64,000 nucleotides of DNA. It comes from Microcoleus sp. (GTDB lineage Bacteria; Cyanobacteriota; Cyanobacteriia; Cyanobacteriales; Microcoleaceae). This document shows positions 32,763 through 41,847 of the stretch, piece after piece (position 1 is the first letter of the stretch; every line of letters begins with the position of its first letter). Made by a program: the position numbers and the translations under genes. Where the stretch lies: NCBI GenBank assembly GCA_042408215.1, contig JAYFMW010000005.1, forward strand, positions 128,001 to 192,000, read 5' to 3'. The notes below the pieces were generated by a model. The model saw nothing but the letters and a program-made list of their open reading frames with translations. It had not been told where the DNA came from and ran no database searches.

Positions 32763-33434
32763 ATGTTCTCTAACCCGTTGTTTGATAATCGCGCCGATGC
32801 TGGCGAAAGACTCGCCGCAGCAGTTTTCGCAGAGATCGGAAAATTGAATTTAACCGCACCAGAGGCTGTTAAACCGATTGTTTATGCTTTACCACGGGGG
32901 GGTTTGCCGATTGCAGTGCCCATAGCCCGCTTGTTGGGTTGTCCTTTGGATGTGGTTGTGGCCAAGAAAATTACTCGTCCAGATAATCCAGAATACGCGA
33001 TCGGGGCTGTAACTGCTGATGGGCACGTTATATGGCAAAAGCAAAAGTCGCGCAATTTTCGCTTTCAAACTCTAGCACTCCAGCAGGCTCAAGATAAAGC
33101 CCAATCTCTACTGGCAGATTTGGCTCCGGGATGCCCAAATGTCAGCGCTGCGGGGGCTTTGGCGATTTTGGTGGATGATGGGATTGCGACGGGGATGACG
33201 ATGGCTGTGGCGGCGAAGGCTTTGCGGGCGCAGCAGCCGGCGGCTTTGTGGATTTGTGTGCCGGTTGCACCGGAGGATTTGCTAGAATTTTTGGAGGAAA
33301 TGTGCGATCGCGCGATCGTCCTGGAAACCCCAGATCCTTTTTACAGTGTGAGTCGCTTTTATGGGGAATTTCCGCAGGTTGAGACGGAAGAGGTTTTAAG
33401 GTGTTTACGGCAACAAAGTGAGTGGCGATCGTAA
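32763..33434 (+). CDS. Phosphoribosyltransferase family protein
   Basis: ALPRGG, LVDDGIATG PRPP-binding loop. Confidence 0.88.
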   Translation: MFSNPLFDNRADAGERLAAAVFAEIGKLNLTAPEAVKPIVYALPRGGLPIAVPIARLLGCPLDVVVAKKITRPDNPEYAIGAVTADGHVIWQKQKSRNFRFQTLALQQAQDKAQSLLADLAPGCPNVSAAGALAILVDDGIATGMTMAVAAKALRAQQPAALWICVPVAPEDLLEFLEEMCDRAIVLETPDPFYSVSRFYGEFPQVETEEVLRCLRQQSEWRS

Positions 33435-33476
33435 GTTAAGCTAGAAGGCTAAATCCAAAAGTTCGATCGCTAACTC

Positions 33477-33767
33477 ATGAGACCTTGGCAATTTTGGTTG
33501 GATACTTTGATTCTGTCTAGTCAGCACAATCCTCCTCGTTTTGTTGAGTTGGTGATGTTGATTTTGGCGATGATGTTATTGGGAATCTGGAGTGTGACAG
33601 CGCAGTGGCCATATTTAGTGCTGTCTCTGAGTTATATAATTGGCTCGTCTTTTTCAATTTTGGTGCGGGAATCCCTCGGCCCGCGGCCTCAATTTCAGCT
33701 AACTCATTTGACAGCAGTGCTGTTGTTAATTATTAGTTTTTATAGTTTTGCTGAACTGATTAGATAG
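33477..33767 (+). CDS. Small membrane protein, hypothetical
   Basis: Three hydrophobic segments. Confidence 0.65.
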   Translation: MRPWQFWLDTLILSSQHNPPRFVELVMLILAMMLLGIWSVTAQWPYLVLSLSYIIGSSFSILVRESLGPRPQFQLTHLTAVLLLIISFYSFAELIR

Positions 33768-33870
33768 GTAAATCCAGGGAGACAAAAACCCGGTTTCTTA
33801 ACCTAATTGTGTGATTTGAGGTTGATAACGATCGCCAGAAACCGGGTTTTTTCGGTTGTTCTATTTAGGG

Positions 33871-34242
33871 CTAATGAGATTGATGTAAAATTAAGCGGTT
33901 GCCGGCGGGATCGAAGGCGTAGATTTCGCGGCCGTGAGAAGCTGTAATAATTTCTCCCGGTGGCGGACACCCTAAAGTCCAAATTCGGGCGATCGCAATT
34001 TCGATGTCGCTGACTTCCAAACACAAACTCATGCCTGTTTTTGCGCGGCCTGCAAATTCTGATTTATGGGAATCCTTGGGTTTGAATATGCCAAGTCTTA
34101 ACCCCGGCAGTTGAAATTCAGCATAAGTATTCGGGATGTAAGGATTCGGTTCTAGGTCAAGAAATTTTGTGTAAAATTTGACGAGAACTTCATTATTAAG
34201 GTCTGCTAACGTAACTAGGGCGGCGCTGTACAGGAAACTCAT
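33871..34242 (-). CDS. VOC/glyoxalase family protein
   Basis: FYTKFL, YAEF, HGREIYAFDPAGN. Confidence 0.85.
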   Translation of the reverse strand: MSFLYSAALVTLADLNNEVLVKFYTKFLDLEPNPYIPNTYAEFQLPGLRLGIFKPKDSHKSEFAGRAKTGMSLCLEVSDIEIAIARIWTLGCPPPGEIITASHGREIYAFDPAGNRLILHQSH

Positions 34243-34330
34243 ATTATTGGGAAGGAAGAAGGAAGAAGGAAGAAGGAACAAAAAATATATTATCATATTC
34301 TGATACAACAAATACAACAAGTATTTTTTT

Positions 34331-34798
34331 ATGGAAATCACAAATTTTATTGCCCTGTCTGTCATTGTTGCGGCCGTGTTGGGGATTGGCTTGGGAACAA
34401 TGACTTGGGCTTACTTCGGCAAGGGCAGCATTTCTGTGTTGTTTAAAGAACCAATTTTAAGTTCGCCAGAATTTCTAGCTACCGATGCTGGTAGCAAAGC
34501 CTCGGTTTATTTTCAAGCAGGAATTGAGGCTTATCAATCGGGAAATTATCGAAAAGCTAAAGACAAATTTAGCAGTGCCATACAACTTGTTTCTACTTGG
34601 GCGGAAGCTTACCACAATCGCGGTTTAGCTTGTGCTAATTTGCGATCGGACGACGATGCGGTGGCAAATTTAATCAGTGCGAGCGAGTTTTACCAACAGC
34701 AGGGGAATGGATTTGCGATCGACCTAATCAAACAAAACCTTGCCGCCTTAAAGCAGCGGAAATTAGAACGGGAAAAGCAAAAAGCCATAAAAAAATAG
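34331..34798 (+). CDS. Membrane-anchored TPR protein
   Basis: N-terminal TM; AEAYHNRG TPR motif. Confidence 0.8.
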   Translation: MEITNFIALSVIVAAVLGIGLGTMTWAYFGKGSISVLFKEPILSSPEFLATDAGSKASVYFQAGIEAYQSGNYRKAKDKFSSAIQLVSTWAEAYHNRGLACANLRSDDDAVANLISASEFYQQQGNGFAIDLIKQNLAALKQRKLEREKQKAIKK

Positions 34799-34895
34799 AA
34801 TACTAAGAACCCCGACTTCTGGGGGAAGTCAGGGTTCTAACAGCGATGGAATTTTACTTTTGCTTTCGGTCAAAATTTGATATTATCCCTGGATT

Positions 34896-35222
34896 TTAAA
34901 CTTGTCTACCATTTTCGATTATGTCAATTTTAGCAATCAGCATTTCTCGGCTAAATGCAACGACTCGATAATTAGTAATTGGATCGTAGGCTTCCCATTC
35001 TTGAGTCACTTCGCTGTCTTGCCACAAAAACCATTCTCGGTAAATTTCGCCGTCATCAATATCGCCACACAGAGGAAGCCAATCATCTCCTGCTAAAGTA
35101 TCAACATCTCCTCCTACTAAGTCTAGCCAAGCCGCAGCAATACAAGAGTCAATAGCGTTACGATCGAAATTAACTGTGTTAGACTGTATAGAGGTTTCGG
35201 GGAAGCAAAAAGTGGATTTCAT
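34896..35222 (-). CDS. Hypothetical acidic protein
   Basis: 108-aa ORF with AGGA RBS; no recognised motif. Confidence 0.5.
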   Translation of the reverse strand: MKSTFCFPETSIQSNTVNFDRNAIDSCIAAAWLDLVGGDVDTLAGDDWLPLCGDIDDGEIYREWFLWQDSEVTQEWEAYDPITNYRVVAFSREMLIAKIDIIENGRQV

Positions 35223-35456
35223 AAATCTTTCCTAAACGTTATGTTATTAATTTATGAAATTTTTAGGACTGGTGGCGATCGCAAAATGCCACTATCTCAA
35301 CCTCCACATTCCCCGGTCAAGAAACCGTGACAGCCGATCGCACTCCAATGCCGATGGTGTATAACTTGAGAGTGCTTTGGCGTCCACTCCCAGCCTTGGC
35401 TGAATTTAGCCAATTCTCCAACTGGCACAGGCGATGGGACTTCCCTCTTCTCAAGG

Positions 35457-35775
35457 AGTGTCAACTTAAGCCTGAAAGCCATGAGAAATCTCGCTTTCAC
35501 CCCAGTCTAGATCCCCCTAAATCCCCCTTAATAAGGGGGACGAAAGAGAAGATTCCTGTCCCCCCCTTAAGAAGGGGGACGAAAGAGAAGATTCCTGTCC
35601 CCCCCCTTAAGAAGGGAGTAGAGTGTGAGTAGGGGTTGACGAAAGAGACTCTTTCTCCCCCCTTGTGAAGGGGGGCCGGGGGGGATCTTAGAGTTTGAAA
35701 ACACGCCCTAGGGGGGATCTAAGTTTAATAGTCAAACAGCAGTCTCTGACTGAGTTTAACGTTAAGTTGACACCT
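35457..35775. mobile_element. MITE-like element with GTGTCAACTTAA/TTAAGTTGACAC ends and internal C/G hairpins
   Basis: Terminal inverted repeats and internal segments shared with units at 50629-51843. Confidence 0.7.
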
Positions 35776-35810
35776 CTTCCCTCTTCCTTCTTCCCTCTTC
35801 CTTCTTCAAA

Positions 35811-36674
35811 ATGCTAGAACTTCACTGTCACACGACTTATTCCGACGGTACTCTCACCCCTGCTGAACTCGTAGCCGCCGCTGCTGCGTCAGGAGTTCAG
35901 GCTTTAGCCGTCACGGATCATGATACTATCTCCGGCTGGGACGAAGCCTTCGCCGCCGCTGGCTTGTACAATATAGAAATAGTGCCTGGGCTCGAACTCA
36001 GTACAGTTCATAATGGTCGATCGCTGCACATTTTAGGTTTTTATCCCGATGGAAATAAGTTGCGAAATCCTTTGAACGATCGCCTGGAAGGAAGATTTCG
36101 CCGATCGCAGGAAATGGTGGACAAATTAGCAGCAATGGGATACCCGATCGAACTGGCAAAAACCTCCCCAGGAATGGCACCGGGAAGGCCTCATATTGCC
36201 TCTGCATTGGTAACAGCAGGTTACGCCAAATCATCGCGGGAAGCCTTCGATAAGTGGCTGGGAGATGACGGCCCAGCTTACGTTCATTACGAGAAATTCT
36301 CGATCGCCGAAGGCATTGATTTATTGCGAAGTTGTGGCGCAGTACCAGTCTGGGCTCACCCTTATTTATTTCGCGGCGGAGTTGTTGAGGAAGTATTAAA
36401 AGAATTAGTAGATGCTGGTTTAATGGGAGTTGAAGTATACCATCCCAGCCACAGTTCCAGCCAAATAGAAAAATTGAAGAAATTGTGTCTTGATTACGGT
36501 TTGTTGGTAACTGGTGGCAGCGATTATCACGGCCCAGATCTCGAAAGGAATGAAAGAAAAGGAATTCAAAGTACCGCCCTTAATATGCTGCATTTACCCT
36601 TAGAATTACTGGAACCAGTTAAAGTTGCTGCGGCAAGTTTGAAGGAGTTGGCAAGTGTGAGTATTACTACTTAA
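35811..36674 (+). CDS. PHP-domain phosphoesterase
   Basis: LHCHTTYSDG, TDHD, GRPH, AHP, GGSDYHG. Confidence 0.92.
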   Translation: MLELHCHTTYSDGTLTPAELVAAAAASGVQALAVTDHDTISGWDEAFAAAGLYNIEIVPGLELSTVHNGRSLHILGFYPDGNKLRNPLNDRLEGRFRRSQEMVDKLAAMGYPIELAKTSPGMAPGRPHIASALVTAGYAKSSREAFDKWLGDDGPAYVHYEKFSIAEGIDLLRSCGAVPVWAHPYLFRGGVVEEVLKELVDAGLMGVEVYHPSHSSSQIEKLKKLCLDYGLLVTGGSDYHGPDLERNERKGIQSTALNMLHLPLELLEPVKVAAASLKELASVSITT

Positions 36675-36792
36675 TTTTTGCTACAGGGAGAGAGACTTAA
36701 ACCAGAATATTAATTAATATGAATTAAAACACAATTGCCAGGGAGTTAATTGTATAATGGTAGCAACCTTAAATTGCTTAGCGGAGTGTGTC

Positions 36793-37002
36793 ATGAGTAC
36801 AGAAGACAGAGCGAAGGCGATCGGCAAAAATGTAGAAGGTAAGGTTCAGGAAATAGTCGGGAATATCACTGGTAGCAAAAAAGACCAGGTTGAAGGTCAA
36901 GCAAAACAAGCCGAAGCTGCCGCCCGCCACGCAGCAGAAGATGTGAAAGATGCGGTAAAAAATCTGAGTGACAAGGCTAAAAGGGCGATCGACAAATTGT
37001 AG
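36793..37002 (+). CDS. CsbD family stress protein
   Basis: EGKVQE..GNITG...QVEGQAKQ. Confidence 0.85.
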   Translation: MSTEDRAKAIGKNVEGKVQEIVGNITGSKKDQVEGQAKQAEAAARHAAEDVKDAVKNLSDKAKRAIDKL

Positions 37003-37095
37003 AAACCGCGCTTTACCCAATCCTGGCTAATAGAATTCGCTTCCTATCAAATCCTGTGTCATCAATTGGGTTTGATATGATTTATTTTTGGGCTT

Positions 37096-37123
37096 TGCAT
37101 AAAACTGGCTGACTCCTGCGACA
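37096..37123 (+). promoter_or_regulatory. Shared motif copy 1 (TGCATAA-N16-CGACA)
   Basis: Same bipartite motif upstream of four transcription units of the locus. Confidence 0.65.
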
Positions 37124-37153
37124 TCTCTTCAAAAGCGCAGTGGAGAAGCCCCT

Positions 37154-37876
37154 ATGATGATTAATTATACAACTGAATCGGAGAAAGCTTGGTACAAGTC
37201 TCCTGCAATTGTAGCTGCTGTAGGTGTCAGCGCGATCGCCCTTGGAGCATTCATTTACCCAGAACTCGCCAGTCAACCCATTGTACACTACCGCGCTGAC
37301 GATAATTCGCTGTCAGCAGATCGCTACACCTTACAGCGACAATTGCACTGTCAAATCAGCAGCCAACATTATAAACCGGGAGATACCGCTGTCAGCATTC
37401 CGTTTGCCGATCGCGCCGTCGTCACTAAAACCATCTCCATTGCTAACAGTTTAACCCTGATGGGGGAATGTCAACACAACGGGCGAGCCATCACCAACAA
37501 ACAACCCGGAACCTCTCTAACAGCCTTGTTAGAACGCAGTCAATCTGCCATTCAACAACAACATCAAACCAACAACAAAAATCCAGGCATCCTCACCATT
37601 GTAGCAAACGACTTTGAGCCGCGTCAAGGGGATCATGGTATAGATTTTAGTCGAGTCAAAACCCTCGTTGACGACATCGAAAAACAGGGAGTAGTTATCT
37701 CATTTATCGTGCCACAAGGGCAATTATACGAAGACTTGACTAACCAGTTGAGCGGCAAAGAGAGTGTCTGCGTTTTAGATGAAAGCAAAGACGAAGATGC
37801 AGTAAGGCGATCGATGAATCCCTGCATTGATGCAGCCTTCACCCAAGCCAGAAAAATGACACCTAAATCAAATTAA
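37154..37876 (+). CDS. Membrane-anchored protein with divergent vWA-like domain
   Basis: N-terminal TM; D-N-S-L-S (DxSxS), later PGTSL and VAND resemble MIDAS elements (inference). Confidence 0.55.
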   Translation: MMINYTTESEKAWYKSPAIVAAVGVSAIALGAFIYPELASQPIVHYRADDNSLSADRYTLQRQLHCQISSQHYKPGDTAVSIPFADRAVVTKTISIANSLTLMGECQHNGRAITNKQPGTSLTALLERSQSAIQQQHQTNNKNPGILTIVANDFEPRQGDHGIDFSRVKTLVDDIEKQGVVISFIVPQGQLYEDLTNQLSGKESVCVLDESKDEDAVRRSMNPCIDAAFTQARKMTPKSN

Positions 37877-38032
37877 TTGGGTTGGTAATAAGGACTTTAT
37901 TCCTTCTTGTGAGGACTAAAGTCCTGACTACGAACCTAGGATTTCCTGTATCTACAACAACAGTAAAAGCAGTTCAGTTACATCCGTTAAATCCGTTACA
38001 AAATCCGCTGCCGAACTTTTTTCCCCGAATTC

Positions 38033-38059
38033 TGCATAAACCTTCAACCCGTAGCGACA
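38033..38059 (+). promoter_or_regulatory. Shared motif copy 2 (TGCATAA-N15-CGACA)
   Basis: As above. Confidence 0.65.
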
Positions 38060-38085
38060 CTATCTTATAAAGCAAAAAAATCAAG

Positions 38086-39375
38086 GTGACACCAATGAAT
38101 TCTATCACCCATCATAACCACAATTCTGCCGCCAGCATCGTAGCATGGCAATACCTGCACCAAGAATTGACAGCCCTACTCCCCGAACAAATCAAATCCC
38201 AAATGAGTCAGCGGGAAAAACGATACGCAGAAGGAGAAAAAGCCAAAACACGGATTAACGACTTAACCCCTTTAGCGAGGCGCAACCCCAACCCGGAAAC
38301 CAAGAAAATAGTCAATATTTCGGTAGGGTTAATCAGCGCGATTACCTTCAGTGCGGGAGCGCGAATATTGACTTCCGGCTTTGGAAGTATGAGCATTCCA
38401 GCGAGTTTGTTCATCGGGGGCGCAGCGGGGGTAGTCGCGGATAAAAAAGTGATGAAAGTCATGGAGCATTCTCGCAAGAAAAGCAGCACCACGCAAGCAT
38501 TGCAAGATATCCAAAAACAAAAACAGGCTCATCCCGCTAAAAATCCATTTGGCGAACTTTATTACGAATCTCAAACCGCCTTAGTGCTACAAGTCGAAGG
38601 TCAATATTTGAATAAACTACCCTTTAGCGATGTCGGGTTGGCGCTGGGATTGAGCGGCACCGAATATGCGATGTCTCTGGGGATTGTGATCGGGTTGGGA
38701 TTACCGGGGGGAATTCTTTTAAATGCGATCGCAGCCAGCCTACCCGTAGTAATGTTATGGGGAGCAGCATCACTGCAAAACGACGCCTTTGAAATGCCCG
38801 GACACGCCCGTGCCCTAATCGGACAATACGAAAGCAGCCTCCCCCAAGAAATCACCGAATTGGAGGCAAATCAGATTGCCGGAATCGACGAAGAAGTTGC
38901 TCTGAAACAGCGAGAACTCGCCTATGAGCAAGCCTTAAACCTGCGTCGTGAAAAATTTGTCAGCGAAGGCGATACCAGCGGGCGATTGAAGAATTGGGAC
39001 ATGGTAGAAGCTGACTTTCAAATCGGGTGGTACGAGAAAGAAAAGCATCAAATCGAAAAAGACCAGGACGAAAAACGAGAACAGCGTTACTTTAAGTTTA
39101 AAGCCGATGTTGCTCAAATTGCCGAACAGCATCAACCCCCCGCCGGCACTTACTCACCGGAACAAATGGCCCAGTTAAAAAATGAATGGGTGGAAGTCCA
39201 AGAACAAAAATTGAAGGAAATTCTCGCCCATGACATTCAGTGGTTGAATCACAAATACGGCAACAAAATCAAGCATTACGAGGAGGAAATCACCACAGCG
39301 CGACAGCGTTACGCAGAAGCCGAATCTCGGTGGCGGCAAGAACGACATTCTAATGCAATGAAGGATACTGTTTGA
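38086..39375 (+). CDS. Hypothetical membrane protein with Gly-rich hydrophobic hairpins and coiled-coil C-terminus
   Basis: Two pairs of hydrophobic segments; E/Q/K-rich helical tail. Confidence 0.75.
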   Translation: MTPMNSITHHNHNSAASIVAWQYLHQELTALLPEQIKSQMSQREKRYAEGEKAKTRINDLTPLARRNPNPETKKIVNISVGLISAITFSAGARILTSGFGSMSIPASLFIGGAAGVVADKKVMKVMEHSRKKSSTTQALQDIQKQKQAHPAKNPFGELYYESQTALVLQVEGQYLNKLPFSDVGLALGLSGTEYAMSLGIVIGLGLPGGILLNAIAASLPVVMLWGAASLQNDAFEMPGHARALIGQYESSLPQEITELEANQIAGIDEEVALKQRELAYEQALNLRREKFVSEGDTSGRLKNWDMVEADFQIGWYEKEKHQIEKDQDEKREQRYFKFKADVAQIAEQHQPPAGTYSPEQMAQLKNEWVEVQEQKLKEILAHDIQWLNHKYGNKIKHYEEEITTARQRYAEAESRWRQERHSNAMKDTV

Positions 39376-39653
39376 GACTGAAACCCTCTGTATCTCTCGT
39401 TTGTATCGCAGTCTCGATCCCCCTAAATCCCCCTTAAGAAGGGGGACTTTGATCCGAATTCTTGATCTCCCCCGTGTTTTCTCAACAGACTTTGAACTGC
39501 TCTTGTCCCCCCCTTCTTAAGGGGGGCTAGGGGGGATCTGGCCTTAATCGCCAAACAGCAGTCTCTGATTCGGTTTGACCTTAAATTGATCCCAATGGGC
39601 GCAGTACGATGTCCTCGCATCAGGGGCACCGCAAAAAAAACTTTCCCTAAATC

Positions 39654-39680
39654 TGCATAAACCCCCCAACCCCTGCGACA
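39654..39680 (+). promoter_or_regulatory. Shared motif copy 3 (TGCATAA-N15-CGACA)
   Basis: As above; about 30 nt before ATG at 39710. Confidence 0.65.
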
Positions 39681-39709
39681 TCAAAGTATCAACACCCAAA
39701 AACTAGACT

Positions 39710-40646
39710 ATGACGAGACATGATACCCCCGTCGAACCCTTACCAGGCTTGGTTCCTGTAGCCACAAACTTCAACTTGTGGCTGCACCTTCGGAACTCAA
39801 GCCGATTTCCTTGACTTTGTTCTTCCTGGCACGTTACAGCGCTATTTTCTCTGGGATAATTGAACTATCCCGACGTGATAGCAACGTGCCTGTGAACACC
39901 GACGAACGGAGTTACGCGAACTTCTACAACTCTTGAAAGACTCCCAAGCACGGGGAGTCAGAAACACAGAAAGATTCAAAAGATCAATTGTCTAACTCGA
40001 TTCCCGACTCTTGCCCGGAAGTCGCAAATATCGCGACGACCTGAGTCCTACAGATCTGATTTTGATGGACGCACTCCGAATGACGGCCTATGGCGGTTTT
40101 TCAAAACGCTGCCGATATTTTTCGGGACAATTGACCTCGATAATCCACTCGCTGATGATGTCTTGCGAACCAGAGCTGGTTAAGCGGTTGTAATAAACTC
40201 AATATCGCGACTGATTGCAAGATATGCGACGCAGGCACAGAAACATCAGATTTGTCCATTTGGACGAACCTACAAGCGAAGAAAATGCCACAACCAAATC
40301 AGATATTACACCCGATCCGCGACCAGAACCGCCCATCGATTATGTAGAACAGCAAGAGCGTTTTCTGCAACTAAAAGCTTATTTAGAGCAAGACCCGGAA
40401 CAAAGATTGTCTAACTGCTGTACGCGGAAATACCCGATTTGTAACTGTTGGGAACTGATTAAGCGAAGGGTATTAACATCCCCGCCCCAGACCTTTAAAC
40501 AAATCAAAAAAGACCTGGATATTCCCCTCGATAATATTACCAGACTTTGGTACAATAAGTGTGTCCCTCTGTTGGCAGAGATAGCTCAACAAATTGGCTA
40601 CGAAATCGAACCCAGAAGATTACAACAAAAAGAGGATGAGGAATAA
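39710..40646 (+). pseudogene. Sigma-70-like factor; 5' part heavily disrupted (or mis-assembled), C-terminal HTH region intact
   Basis: C-terminal YLEQDPEQRL..KYP.CN...PPQTFKQI..DL.IP...L...C.PLL resembles cyanobacterial sigma-like proteins found before DUF1822 genes; no continuous frame at 39710-40200. Confidence 0.55.
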
Positions 40647-40648
40647 TC

Positions 40649-41490
40649 ATGACTAACACTACTGAACATTGTATCACAATTCGTTTTCAGAAACAAGACT
40701 GCGAGTTGGCGGAAAAATTCGCCGCTTCTCAACCGAATGCTGAGAAAAATCAACAAGTTTATCGCAATACTCTGGCTGTTTTAGCGGTGAACACCTTTGT
40801 GCAAGAATTACGTTATGAAACTGACTTGGATGCTGGCGAAAGTTGGCATCCGGTGCTCAGAATGTTTCATAATGTTGCTGATTTAGTCTTACCGGGAATT
40901 GGCAAGATTGAATGCTGTCCGGTTCTACTTGGAGAAACGGCGATTTCTCTGCCGGAAGTGCGCGAAAATCGCATTGCTTATATCGCAGTTCAGTTTGCGG
41001 AACCTTTCGATAAAGTCAAACTTTTGGGCTTTATTCCGGCTGTGGAAATTGTGGAGGAAACTGAAGCGATTTCTCTCACTAATCTCCAACCAATTGAGGA
41101 ATTGTTGGATTATTTGGATCGAATTGAGTTGGGAATTCCGGTGGCGCAAGTTCTACTTGAAGAAGTGCTATCGGATTTGGCAGAAGATGACCCCGTACAA
41201 GCACAAGCACGAGTTCGGGAGATTTTCCAAAACCAATCTATTGCTGAAATTGTGGCAATTTTGAATCAAGTTTATCGCAGCAACGAGAAATCTGACTGGG
41301 GATATGAAGGGGGGAAGGCTTTAGCGGGAATTGGTGCTAGCAGTGGAGGTTTGGGAGGTATAAATCGATGTTTATCAATTCATCAATCTTCACCGGGGTG
41401 GTTGAGGAGGGTGTGAAAGTGGAACTGAATATAATTGCTGAAGATTTGTTGGAAAAGTTGGCTGAGATTTGGGGAGATGGTGATGAATAA
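40649..41490 (+). CDS. DUF1822 family protein, frameshift near 41375
   Basis: AEKFA.SQP...QVYRNTLAVLAV, ADLVLPGIGKIECCPV, RIAYIAVQF, LLGF; alternate frame continues to ..LLEKLAEIWGDGDE*. Confidence 0.8.
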
Positions 41491-41494
41491 TCTG

Positions 41495-41760
41495 GGGAGT
41501 CGGTGGGTAGCGAGAAACCGGGTTTCTACGAGTTTTTTAGTTGAGTGACGAGAAATCTCCCAAGAAACCCGGTTTCTGGGGAGTCGATGGGTAGCGAGAA
41601 ACCGGGTTTCTACGAGTTTTTTGGTTGAGTGACGAGAAATCTCCCAAGAAACCCGGTTTCTGAGACAAGGTGGGTAGCGAGAAACCGGGTTTCTACGAGT
41701 TTTTTGGTTGAGTGACGAGAAATCTCCCAAGAAACCCGGTTTCTGAGAGTCGGTGGGTAA
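41495..41760. repeat. Three tandem 83/84-bp units with AGAAACCGGGTTTCT...AGAAACCCGGTTTCT hairpin
   Basis: AGAAACCGG at 41513, 41597, 41680. Confidence 0.9.
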
Positions 41761-41786
41761 TTGCTGAAAACATTTTTCGGGAATTT

Positions 41787-41814
41787 TGCATAATTTTCCC
41801 CCAAATTGCCGATA
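41787..41814 (+). promoter_or_regulatory. Shared motif copy 4 (TGCATAA-N16-CGATA)
   Basis: About 33 nt before ATG at 41848. Confidence 0.6.
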
Positions 41815-41847
41815 CATATATATACACAGAATCAAAGGTAAACTCCA